Below are positions 1 to 11,116 of a stretch of DNA of 64,000 bases, piece after piece (position 1 is the first letter of the stretch; every line of letters starts with the position of its first letter). The stretch is taken from positions 81,699,396 to 81,763,395 of the forward strand of contig NC_068981.1 in assembly GCF_001194135.2 (NCBI RefSeq). The letters are read 5' to 3'. The notes beneath the pieces are model-generated. The model was given only the letters and a program-made list of their open reading frames with translations. It was not told where the DNA came from and did no database searches. Made by a program: the position numbers and the translations under genes. Source of the DNA: Octopus bimaculoides (taxonomy: Eukaryota).

Positions 1-81
1 GATACGCACAACGTAATTTATTATATAAACAATATATGCGTATAAATTACGATTAAACCGGATGAAATATGTCACAGGGAA

Positions 82-322
82 TAACATTTTTATGACCGCC
101 CAGCAGTAACTCTATTCAGCTGAATAGACGTCAGTGATTGGTTGAAATTACAGAAATACGACAACTTTAACATGGAATAACTTGCGAATTCCTTTTTTTT
201 GTTAAGAAGACTAAGAGTAAAAGATGTTTTATATGACACATTCTACCAGTGTCCCAAGTTTCAAAGTGTTTCGTTAGTGTTTCGTTAAGAAAATACTGGC
301 GCCCCCGTTTTAAAATAGATCC
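82..322 (+). mobile_element. Right-end fragment of the GGATC-TIR MITE family (same family as 2490-3068)
   Basis: Shares GACGTCAGTGATTGGTTGAAATTACAG...CCCCGTTTTAAAATAGATCC with the right arm of 2490-3068, and is the reverse complement of 6122-6350. Confidence 0.8.
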
Positions 323-463
323 GTATAATATAATATTTGGGACAATGAAAATTATGAAACTATAAATAGCATATCAGTTCTTTCATTAGAAGTTTATTTG
401 AAGCTTTAAGAAACTATTGACATACGGAATTGTTCATTGATATTTTATTTTGTTCTCTTGCAG

Positions 464-704
464 ATATTTTGTGGAAAGTAAATGGTGTATGTTTGAATAT
501 AACTTAACTAAAATGGAATATATTCATACCGAAAGAAATATAGTAATTATTGTGGTACTGGAGCAGGTACCACACAGATAGCTGCCATTACCAATTCTTG
601 AACAGATAAAGAATCAGAGTTACATTGAATTTCCAAAAGAAAATGCGATTGCTCAAGAAATGTTCTGGAAAAATCTAAAACATCCTTTACAGCTAAAAGA
701 CTGA
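464..704 (+). pseudogene. TLR: Toll-like receptor terminal exon (C-terminal half of TIR) with an in-frame stop
   Basis: Acceptor TTCTCTTGCAG ends at 463. The exon reads A+YFVESKWCMFEYNLTKMEYIHTERNIVIIVVLEQVPHR*LPLPILEQIKNQSYIEFPKENAIAQEMFWKNLKHPLQLKD*, with TIR motifs SxWCxFE and FWxxL. TAG at 579-581, terminal TGA at 702-704. Not in the ORF track. Confidence 0.88.
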
Positions 705-1147
705 TGTATTTAAATTTGCAATAAGTGCAATTTACAGTCATCAAGAAAAATGCTTATAATTTAATAAGGTAGGCAATAAATTATTTTAAACTTTGAAATT
801 GTTATTTATGACTATTAAAATACTGGAATGCATATGAAAGTTAATTTACACAAGAATTAATAAAGATTACTTTAAGTGTGGAACGATAAATGTGAGTATC
901 TTATTAAAATGTACAAGTTATACTTTATGGACTAAAACAAATCAGCTAATTTAATTAATTACTACAGATGTATACCAACAATAATGATGCAGTATATTGA
1001 TATGGATTAAGCCAATACAAATTTAATTAATGTAAAGTCTTTAATCTATGTGCTGAATTTGGTGTTCTGGTAGCGAGGTAAACATAATGTATATGCAGAA
1101 CTAGTGATAAGATTTCCTGCTGATGTAAACTCTGAATAAGAGAAACA

Positions 1148-1192
<45 letters not shown>

Positions 1193-1505
1193 NNNNNNNN
1201 NNNNNNNNNNNNNNNNNNNNNNNNNNNNNNNNNNNNNNNNNNNNNNNNNNNNNNNNNNNNNNNNNNNNNNNNNNNNNNNNNNNNNNNNNNNNNNNNNNNN
1301 NNNNNNNNNNNNNNNNNNNNNNNNNNNNNNNNNNNNNNNNNNNNNNNNNNNNNNNNNNNNNNNNNNNNNNNNNNNNNNNNNNNNNNNNNNNNNNNNNNNN
1401 NNNNNNNNNNNNNNNNNNNNNNNNNNNNNNNNNNNNNNNNNNNNNNNNNNNNNNNNNNNNNNNNNNNNNNNNNNNNNNNNNNNNNNNNNNNNNNNNNNNN
1501 NNNNN

Positions 1506-1536
<31 letters not shown>

Positions 1537-1987
1537 TGTGTGTGTGTGTGTGTTAAAATAGCAACATTAAAAAAAATCGTTACATCGATGCATTTGTCCT
1601 TGATTTTTCGAGTGGCTGAAAATGATTGTCAGCACCAAAATAGAAATTTGTCGAACTGATATATTATAATAATGACTCAATAGCCAGCGATGTGGCAAAA
1701 AGCCGGCGGGCAAAGAATAAGTTACCTATTTGCGACAGGAGCCGTGTTTGTAACGAATAATAATTAGCACATCCGATCTAAATTGGATTTGACGATTAGA
1801 AGGCCTTAAATTTCCTGTAAACACTCGGAGATACAAATCTCGTGTTCATGAAACGTGCTCATTAAACACCGACTATATCGGCTGCCCAAATGAGAGTCTG
1901 CACCGGTGGATGGCATTAATTGCGAATCATCAGCGATATCCAACCTTTTCTCCATATAAGTGTAGTTTATAATATATTCAGTGATAT

Positions 1988-2106
1988 AGGCGCAGGCGTG
2001 GCTGTGTGGTAAGAAGCTTCGGCAAGTGTCTTCTAGTATAGCCGACCTCGGACCGACCAAAGCCTTGTAAGTGGATTCGGTTGACGGAAACTGAAAGAAG
2101 GCCGTC

Positions 2107-2197
<91 letters not shown>

Positions 2198-2392
2198 TTC
2201 CCCCACCATCGCTTGACAACCGATGTTGGTGTGTTTATGTCTCCGAAACTTAGCGGTTCGGCAAAAGGGAGCAATAGAATAAGTACTGGGCTTACAAAGA
2301 ATAAGTCCTGGGGTCGATTCACTCGACTAAAGACGGTGCTTCAGTATGGCCACAGTCAAATGGCTGAAACAACAAAAAGAGTAAAAGAGTAT
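1988..2392 (+). mobile_element. tRNA-derived SINE with internal (TG)n, octopus type
   Basis: Head GGCGCAGGCGTGGCTGTGTGGTAAGAAGC, central (TG)n, tail ...ATGGCCACAGTCAAATGGCTGAAACAACAAAAAGAGTAAAAGAG. Related pieces at about 30843-30900, 52600-53031, 55930-56120 and 62130-62180. Confidence 0.75.
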
Positions 2393-2489
2393 ACTTAATA
2401 TGTTTAGTAAAACCTTAACAATAGTTACTGACACTGTATAAGATTCCAATGACAAGCGTGGAAAGGACGGAGCGGAAGGTAAATAAATG

Positions 2490-3068
2490 GGATCTTTTTT
2501 AAAACGGGGGCCACATTTTTCATTAATGTTTTACGTAGTGTTTTTGGTACGGAAAGACTTTCAAACTTCGTATACTTATCTATTTTGTGTTATAGAACAG
2601 AAAAATATTTTTGTATTCGAATTTATTTCATGTAAAAAAATTGTCTTATTTCGATAATTTCAACCAATCACTGACGTCCATTCAGTCGATATACATTAAG
2701 TGCCGACTACATAAACAAACGATTCTTCGTTTTATTTGCTTTTTTCATTTTAAATTTGCTTTAACCCTAACCCTAACCCTAACCCTAGGGTTAGGGTTAG
2801 GGTTAGAATTAGGGTTAGGGTTAGGATTAATTGTTTCAGAATCGTTTGTTTATGTAGTCGGCACTTAATGTATATCGGCTGAATGGACGTCAGTGATTGG
2901 TTGAAATTACAGAAATACGACAACTTTAACATGGAATAATTTATGGATTTCTTTTTTTTTAAAGAAGACTAAGAGAAAAAGATGTTTTATATGACACATT
3001 CTACCAGTGTTCCAAGTTTCAAAGTGTTTCGTTAATGAAAAATGTAGCCCCCGTTTTAAAAAAGATCC
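2490..3068. mobile_element. 579-bp MITE with about 37-bp TIRs, 8-bp TSD, nested 71-bp inverted repeat and telomeric-repeat core
   Basis: TIRs GGATCTTTTTTAAAACGGGGGCCACATTTTTCATTAA and TTAATGAAAAATGTAGCCCCCGTTTTAAAAAAGATCC. TSD AATAAATG at 2482-2489 and 3069-3076. Inner inverted repeat 2655-2725 / 2839-2909 (one mismatch). Confidence 0.9.
2762..2825. repeat. Interstitial telomeric repeat, (CCCTAA)n-CCCTAGGG-(TTAGGG)n palindrome
   Basis: Read directly; palindrome centre CCCTAGGG at 2783-2790. Confidence 0.95.
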
Positions 3069-3290
3069 AATAAATGCCTCCGAAGGCGGTTAGGTGTCCG
3101 CCCTCCTAAGCTTCACGTCAAAAAGCGTGTACATAAGATCCGGACAACCACGACTATCCCTGTGAGTGACTACTATAAGTAAACTGTTATCTCTCAATCA
3201 TAATCTAGTTGATATTTTGATGTTTCAAAAAAGGATTTTTGTTGGGTAGGATATTTTATTTTACATCCTGCATATGTATTATGTACTTGC

Positions 3291-3344
<54 letters not shown>

Positions 3345-3646
3345 GTATGTGTGCGTGTATGTGAGAGAAAGAGACACACAGAGAGACAGAGAGAAACAGA
3401 AAGATAGTGTGTGTGTGTGTGTGTGTAGTCTTTTAGTGTAGAAGTGGACATATTTTCATATGTAACTGCGTATGGTTTGATATAAATCGACTGTCAGAAG
3501 CAAGCACTTTTAATTTTCTGATTGACATATAAGTACTTCAACATTTTAAGGATTGCCTTCTCCATTTTGCTTTTAGTATGCCAGCTCTTCTTCAAACTTA
3601 TATATACAGAAAGAGTTGATCAGATAGCATGAATAGATATATATAA

Positions 3647-3695
<49 letters not shown>

Positions 3696-3697
<2 letters not shown>

Positions 3698-4235
3698 TAT
3701 ATATAACGATGACCACTAAAGTGGACATTTAATGTGCTAGAAATAGATCCTAGTAATAAATCGATATTAATTAATATCTGATTTTTTACCCTATGTTTTA
3801 ATTTGATTAACCATAACCAAGTTCTCAAAGTGGATATATGCGACGAAGTAACTATTTTCTGCAGACATATTCCCAGAATTAGCGCGCCAAAATGAAGACT
3901 TTTGATTTTTACCATTAAGTTATAATTAGCAGAACCATATACACGTTCATATACACGTTTGCCTCTGGGGGTGAACAACTTGTATAAGGTTCTGAGAATT
4001 ATATTTTCCTTACAGTTCACGCTGAAGAGAAGCAGATATTCGGTATGAGTGTTGATTTCGAAACCCTTCCGTGAATAATAATGTTTTATTTATGTAATTT
4101 TCACTGTCTTGCCCGCATACGTTTTGGTATTTCGCTGAATTTCTTTTGAGAACCATTGGGTCTTAGTAGACACAACATGTGATCTACTTCTAGCACATTA
4201 AATGTCCACTTTAGTGGTCAACGATATAAATAAAC
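3696..4235. repeat. About 50-bp inverted-repeat-bounded element containing a degenerate hammerhead-like motif (possibly Penelope pLTR-derived)
   Basis: GACCACTAAAGTGGACATTTAATGTGCTAGAA (3711-) is inverted at about 4189-4220. Segment 3753-3805 is repeated at about 4311-4362. CTGAAGA...CGAAAC at 4022-4064. Confidence 0.55.
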
Positions 4236-4488
4236 ATATACTTTAATCCCCTAAGATCTCAGATATTTTTTCTGAATCTCTCTGATTCTTTAAATGTGCT
4301 AGCTTCCTGGTAATAAATCGATATTAATTAATATCTGATTTTTTACCCTATGTTTTAATTTATATATATATATATATATATATAGTTCAAAAAAACAATA
4401 ACAAAAAAACAAAAAATCAACAAAGTGAGGACGTGATATGGATAGTATTATTGGACGCTCAGGAAAGGAAAGAGAGTATGTATGTATG

Positions 4489-5015
4489 TATCTTTTATAT
4501 AAAGGTCAATGTTTGTGTGTTCGTGTGTTATAAACTCGAAAACTACTGAACCGATTCTAATGAAATTTGGAACACAAAATCCAAGCCTATGGAGAAGAGT
4601 AATGCCGTATGTTTCATACAATTTTGAGGGGGCATAAAGTGGTGGAGGCAGAAACCACCGTGAAAATTCATATGCTTCGGATTTTGATGAAATTTGAACC
4701 ATAGGTATTAGAAATAAATTTTAAAATATACCCCAATTTTCCATTTCTTTAGATGATACTAAGTCTCTCTAAAGGAGGCTTAACCCCCAAATTTTAGTCA
4801 TTTTTCATGGACCAAAATTACTGAATAGATCCTTTTGACAATACAGTTCTATATTTAAGAGATGAGGAATTATTTACATTATTTACATTTGACGGATATT
4901 TGTCCTCGTCTTGTTTGTTGTTAACACAACGTTTCGGCTGGTATACCCTCCAGCCTTCATCAGGTGTCTTGGGGAAATTTCGAACCTAGGTTCTTATTCC
5001 TAAGGTATTTTTCGA

Positions 5016-5057
<42 letters not shown>

Positions 5058-5995
5058 CCTCATCGTCATCATCCTTATGATATCTGAAACTTAGATTCAA
5101 TGCATTAGGGCGGGTATAATGCAGTAGAACACCCCATGAAAATTCATAAATTTCCGATGTTGAAATTTCAACCATAGGTAATTGACACAAATCAAGAAGT
5201 ATTCCTAAAGTTTCCGCTTCTCATGAGGATTCTAATGGGGGCATTAACTCCCAAATTTTAGTCATTTTTTATGATCCAAAAAAGGTCAAAATTATTGAAT
5301 GAATCTGTATGAAATTTGGAATTTATGTTCTATTCATAGGGGCAAATGTAATGCAGTATATGTTTGAAAGTGAGGGGGCATAAATGAGGCCATAAGCCCC
5401 ATGGAAATTCATATATTTTTGCTATGAGGGTAGGGAAACTGACTGTTTATTGTGATCGTTTGTCTTTTGGTTTCCTCTACCTTTGCTCTCTTTTACAAAC
5501 CAAGTGAACATTCATATATTTCCGATTTCAAAGAAATTTGAAAATAGATATAAGACACAAGTTAAAAAAGATTCCCAGCAATTCATCTTTTCTAGTTGAC
5601 TTTAAGACCCCTCTAATAGGGGCCTTAACTCCAACATTTTAGAGCTCCATCTGCTCCATCTGCTCCATTTGACAAGAGCAAAAGCCTTTGAATGGTTTTA
5701 TACGATTATGATTTTAAAATCTGGGCATAAAGATGAGTAGTATGGGATAAATATGTCATGATTAGAATTTTTGTTAGGGTGTGTAAAGAGGGAAAGAACA
5801 CCCATTAAAATTTCCTATCTTCATCTTGATGAAATTCGAATCATAGGTGTCCAGTTCATTAGAGAAAATATAAAACAAAAGTCTAATTCTTCAATTCCAT
5901 GTGACACGGGCAACGAGGGGGATCTTTAAGACTTTTGAATATTACTCTATATAATTAATAGAACCGTGTGCACGTGTTTTCATTCGTTGGGGACA
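4489..5995 (+). mobile_element. Degenerate non-autonomous repeat, Helitron/HINE-like core with internal subrepeats
   Basis: Start TATCTTTTATATAAAGG...CTCGAAAACTACTGAACCGATTCTAATGAAATTTGG resembles non-autonomous Helitron cores. GAAAATTCATA and GATGAAATT motifs recur. Boundaries are uncertain. Confidence 0.3.
4923..4968 (-). ncRNA. Minimal type I hammerhead ribozyme motif (Penelope/retrozyme type)
   Basis: Minus strand: GACAC-CTGATGA-A-GGCTGG-AGGGTATA-CCAGCC-GAAAC-GT-T-GTGTT. Stem I GACAC/GTGTT, 6-bp stem II, palindromic ACGT stem III. Confidence 0.7.
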
Positions 5996-6121
5996 GCTAG
6001 CACACGGTTCTGTTGGATTATACCTCTATGGCAGTCTGTACTGAGGAGAAACAGAAATTTTCGGTAAGAAAGTATTGATTTCGAACCATGGTCTACAGAT
6101 AACCTATTTATTTCTCTAATT

Positions 6122-6350
6122 GGATCTATTTTAAAACGGGGTCGCCAGTATTTTCTTAACGAAACACTAACGAAACACTTTGAAACTTGGGACACTGGTA
6201 GAATGTGTCATATAAAACATCTTTTACTCTTAGTCTTCTTAACAAAAAAAAAAAGGAATTCGCAAGTTGTCGTATTTCTGTAATTTCAACCAATCACTGA
6301 CGTCTATTCAGCTGAATAGAGTTACTGCTGGGCGGTCATAAAAATGTTAT
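6122..6350 (-). mobile_element. MITE end fragment, inverted near-identical copy of 82-322
   Basis: GGATCTATTTTAAAACGGGG...GGGCGGTCATAAAAATGTTAT is the reverse complement of 82-322, including the shared variants GAATTC and CAGCAGTAAC. Confidence 0.85.
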
Positions 6351-7135
6351 ACTCCCAGAGGTACTCGATGTACTGATTATGTACACACATTTTGGTTAAA
6401 CTCGTGCGACTCAACTTACTGCACTTTATTGTGCAGTAGATTTTGTAATTCTGTTCGCATAAATTTACATTGTAACAAAAATACATGCCTAAATTCTAAC
6501 TCTTCCAGTTTTCTAGAATGTGCAAAGCATTAGCTTTACTTTTGTGAATTAAGAAAATACTATCTTTATGTTTTACTGTATATATTTTCACGTAATTCTT
6601 AATTGTAATACAACACATCCATCGGAAACAATTCTAAGAGAAATCTATTCATAGCTTTCGGGTAGACATCATTTTTGTGCTGTGGAGTTCTGGTGTTCTG
6701 ATGATAGCATGAGAATGCAACATAAAGCAGGCTATGAGGGAAACATGGATTTGCCTATTCAACAATATCCTTGAGGTACTGTCTCTGGGACAATGTTGAT
6801 AATCATAGAAAAAAGACAGGCTCACTTGCAATTGAAGGCGCTTCATATGAAATAACAAGTTTGATGGAGATGAAGGGAAATTGAAGTGAAATGCATGGAA
6901 TGAAATTATCTCTCTGGGCACAGTCAGTTATAATAGAGACTTCTATCGTATGAAACAAGAGTTTTGACAGTCTGCATTATACCGGCAACTTTGATGCATT
7001 TAAGTTCCGTAGTAACATAGACATAAGCATGTCTAGATATGCAACTAAATGCATGAGAATACATGCATAAAACAAAACACATAAATCTGCACATATACAT
7101 ACATACATACATGTACGCACACCTATGTATATAAT

Positions 7136-7173
<38 letters not shown>

Positions 7174-7179
7174 TGTTTG

Positions 7180-7422
7180 TTGGCACTGAGTCGCTTACGA
7201 CGTCGAAGGTTCCAGTTGATCTAATCAACGGAACAGGCTGCTCGTGAAATTAACGTGAGCACTCCACAGACACGTGTACCCTTAATGTAGTTCTCGGGGA
7301 TATTCAGCGTGACACAGTGTGACAAGGCTGACCCTTTGAATTACAGGTACAACAGAAGAAACAGGAAGAAAGAGTGAGAGAAAGTTGTGGTGGAAGAGTA
7401 CAGCAGGGTTCGCCACCATACC
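7180..7422 (-). mobile_element. tRNA-derived SINE, 3' part (same family as 41711-42070)
   Basis: GTTGGCACT...CGACGTCGA.GGTTCCAGTTGATC...CAGCAGGGTTCGCCACCAT is shared with 41720-41940; truncated by an N gap. Confidence 0.7.
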
Positions 7423-7709
7423 NNNNNNNNNNNNNNNNNNNNNNNNNNNNNNNNNNNNNNNNNNNNNNNNNNNNNNNNNNNNNNNNNNNNNNNNNNNNNN
7501 NNNNNNNNNNNNNNNNNNNNNNNNNNNNNNNNNNNNNNNNNNNNNNNNNNNNNNNNNNNNNNNNNNNNNNNNNNNNNNNNNNNNNNNNNNNNNNNNNNNN
7601 NNNNNNNNNNNNNNNNNNNNNNNNNNNNNNNNNNNNNNNNNNNNNNNNNNNNNNNNNNNNNNNNNNNNNNNNNNNNNNNNNNNNNNNNNNNNNNNNNNNN
7701 NNNNNNNNN

Positions 7710-7955
7710 CTAATAAACGATTTCCTTGCTGCTGTTATAACTTTAAATTCTTCTTTAGTGAGGCCTGCTTTTTTATGGAAGAACCACATTGCCTTGTTTA
7801 GTACTATTGGGTTAATTGATCTATAAAAGTTAGCTATATCAAATTGGATAAATTTAGTTTCTTCTTTATGTTCAATTGATCTAAACCAATTAATTACTTG
7901 GTCTGTATTAGACCATAATTCTAACTTTAACTTAGTGGTTATTGTGGGTAGATAG

Positions 7956-7960
<5 letters not shown>
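7710..7960 (-). mobile_element. Penelope-like element reverse transcriptase fragment
   Basis: WSNTDQVINWFRSIEHKEETKFIQFDIANFYRSI matches the PLE RT pattern W.NT..VI.WF......F..FDI..FYPSI. Confidence 0.7.
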
Positions 7961-7997
<37 letters not shown>

Positions 7998-8598
7998 TGC
8001 ATAGATATGGATAATATTATAGAGTATATTGAACATGGGATAGATAGTACAGTTTGACGCAGCAGACATTTTCGTAGCTCACACTTACTCACCCTTACAC
8101 AACTGCTACTCTGTTACAACGTTTAGTCCCCCTACATATCCTTTTTTAAACACGGACCCACGGAAACGTTAAGTGATGTTAATGCTTCTAATTATTACCG
8201 AGTTAGTTAAAGCATGCATTCAAATTTTTTCGTTTATGTAAAACAAATTACGCTAAAGAAAGAAATATATATTATAGTTAGTACTCAACACATGTGTTGA
8301 ATGTGAGGATATCCGTTAGTAACCAATAATACAAATAATGCAAATAATTGCTTTGAACGAGGGGCTGCTGAAAAGTTCCTGGCTGTGGGTAAAAGGAAAT
8401 ACAAGAGGATAAGTAAATTATGATTATATTCAACATATTCCCCTCTCAGATTCACACAATTATTGCTGCGAGCCTTCAGTTTTTCTAAGCCCTGTAAAAG
8501 AACTCGGAAGATTGGGCCTTTAACCAGGTCTTTCGTGGTACCCTTAAAACCGTGTGTGTGTGTGTGTGGATGCTATAATTTTACTGAATGTTACTTAC

Positions 8599-9382
8599 CT
8601 TCTTAATAAAATAATACATTTTCGTCTAGATTGGATTGCTGATAATATATTTTCTGTTATCAATTTTCCCACAGGGAAGTCCCGGTGATGAATATTCAAA
8701 CGTAAGCTTTCTTTTCCTTCCAATTCTGGAATCAAATAATTTAATGCAAAATCTCGATTTTCGTCGGCATAAATCACAAATGCATCATAAATATATTCAT
8801 CGGGAGTGAGTTGTTTGTAGGAATACTTTTCTCTGATCATGTAATATAAATATCGTAGCTTCCATCTAAAATGGTAAATGAGTGAGGCAACTAGAAATAT
8901 AATCAGTATTACAACACCAAAACTTATCGCAATTATTATCCCTATCAAGGCTGAACAAGTGTGATTCAGAAAGCTTACGATCCTAACAAGCTGATTTCCT
9001 TTCAACTTCCACACTGTTCCGTTAGGATGAGTACATTTCGAGTGGATTATTTTCAAACGAACTGAAGTGCGTAGTTGTGGAGCCTTGTGAGAAATCTTAT
9101 CTGTGCACAACCACATTTCAATTTATTGTTTTGTAAGTTGACAGTGAATTTATGGTGGTGAGATATTTTTTCAAGAGTATTAAAAGTGTTTTCTGACAGT
9201 TCTTGTAAAATGTTTTTAGATAAATCTAAATATGATAAATTTAACATATGACTAATCTTTATATCAAATGATTCTAATAAATTGTTGCGTAAATTTAAGA
9301 TTCTGAGATTTTTCAGCTGTAACAAACTGTTATTTGATAAATATTGAATGTGGTTATTTGAAAGATATAATTCTTCGAGGCT
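8599..9382 (-). pseudogene. TLR: TLR first coding exon, 3' copy: last LRRs, frameshifted LRR-CT, TM helix, N-terminal half of TIR
   Basis: The LRR frame ends CGCAQIRFLTRLHNYALQFV* at 9053, while SKCTHPNGT-TM (ALIGIIIAISFGVVILIIFLVASLIY)-TIR (YDAFVIY, HHRDFPVG, QSRRKCIILL) is in another frame. Phase-2 donor AG|GTAAGT at 8599/8598. Confidence 0.85.
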
Positions 9383-9392
9383 NNNNNNNNNN

Positions 9393-11116
9393 TTTAATTT
9401 ATTGTTTTGTATGTTGACAGTGAGTTTATGGTATTCAGATATATTTTCAATAGCATTCAAAGTGTTTTCTGACAGTTCCTGTAAAATGTTTTTAGATAAA
9501 TCTAAATATGATAAATTTAACATATGACTAATCTTTACATCAAATGATTCTAATAAATTGTTGCGCAAATTTAAGATTCTGAGATTTTTCAGCTGTAACA
9601 AACTGTTGTTTGATAAATATTGAATGTGGTTATTTGAAAGATATAATTCTTCGAGGCTGGTTAAATTTAGAAAAGCTTTACTGAAACCTTCTTCGGCAAC
9701 TTGCCCTGAAATTCCTATTACGTTATTTTCGATATTCAAAAGTCGCAGACCAGTGAAAAATGTGAAGAATTCGTTACTGATATTATTGCATTGGTTGTGA
9801 CTTAAATCCAGTATTTGTAATTGTTCTAAGCCCCGGACTGGGCCACTCCATGGACAAAATATATTATTTGTTGCATTAATTACTCTTATTGCATTTGCAT
9901 CTTTTATGTGGAATGGTGGTATGGGAATTTTATAGTGGCAACCTTGTAGTAAGAGTGTTTTAAGAGATTTGGAGATTGTAAAACTGTAAGTAATATCCCT
10001 ATTGAATAATTTGCTACGAATAAATGGTAGCTCTCTATATGATATTGTCGTGCTAATGTCAATTAATTTAATGTTGGGTAAAGCCTTAATTTGAAAGATA
10101 TATTCTCCGTATGTAAATCTGTTGTTTCTCAAATAAGCGTATTCCAATGTGCTGGGTAAGGAGGGAATGCTATTCCAAGAAAGTAATTCAATATGATCTG
10201 AATTTAAAACAATTTTCTTCAATCTAGTTTTCTGTAAAGAACTTGTGAAATGTTCGGTAATAACAATGCCCGTTCCTACATTTAATTTTATATTACTAAA
10301 ATATAAAGTTTGGAATTCACTTGGGTTTTTTAGATACCTCAAAGTCAGTGTAATTCTATACAGCAGAATTTGATTGTTAAATGAAATGCGTAGGAGTTGC
10401 AGATGTTCAAACTGTGCGAATGCCTCGGTGTTAATTACATCTAAATGGCAATAATCTAAATTCAAATGGGTTATTCTGGGAACATTTTTAAATGCATGTT
10501 TTGTAATATATCTAATAACGGAACTGTTTCTTTTTGAGGCAAAATTAATATATTTTAATTTTGTCAAATTCTTATATCCTGCACCAAACATGAAGTACTG
10601 ACCACCTGATATGTATAAATATTCCAGTGCAGTTAAATGAGATATAGTTCTATCAATAAAGTTCGTGTTTCTGTACACAGTGTTACCTCGTAGTTTCAGA
10701 ATTTTCACTTCAGTTAAATTTCGGAAAAGATTTATAGGAAATGAAGAATAATTAATAGCTAATCTGTTGTATTCCAACGACAGTTCTCTCAAAGACCACA
10801 AACCTTGAAAGGTGTTTGGCAGCAAATATTCAAGAAGATTATCGTCAACTTTTAGCACCTCTAATAAGTTTAAATGCTTAATAATATCAGGAGGGATTCT
10901 TTTAATGTGGTTTCGACTTAAATCTAATGATGTCGTATTTTCTGGAAAATAACTGGGTATTTGAGTTAGGTTTTCGTCAGTACAAGTTACTGTACAGTGT
11001 TGAAATTTGTCTTCGGTACAGTGGCAAACAGCTGGACAATCTGTCTGACAATTTGCAGTCACTGAAGTAAGTAGTTTCAAGAAATAACCAAATATAATAA
11101 TGAATATGTGTAACAT
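9393..11116 (-). CDS. TLR: TLR first coding exon, 5' copy: signal peptide, LRR-NT and many LRRs (single-cysteine-cluster type); open up to the N gap
   Basis: ATG at 11116, hydrophobic leader, CQTDCPAVCHC...CTVTC cap, and repeated LxxLxLxxN motifs with no internal Cys cluster. Confidence 0.92.

Noticed and set aside
2762-2825. Ancient telomere-telomere fusion site
   Set aside because: The order is (CCCTAA)n then (TTAGGG)n, opposite to an end-to-end fusion, and it lies inside a TSD-flanked MITE.
8660-8700. TIR BB-loop RDFPVG lacking the TLR4-type proline at the usual position
   Set aside because: Non-Pro residues here are common (Drosophila Toll has Val, TLR3 has Ala), and this copy is frameshifted.
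9121-9660. True intragenic tandem duplication of three LRRs
   Set aside because: The duplication straddles a 10-N scaffold gap exactly, so overlapping unmerged contigs are more likely. It is kept only as evidence of two sequence variants.
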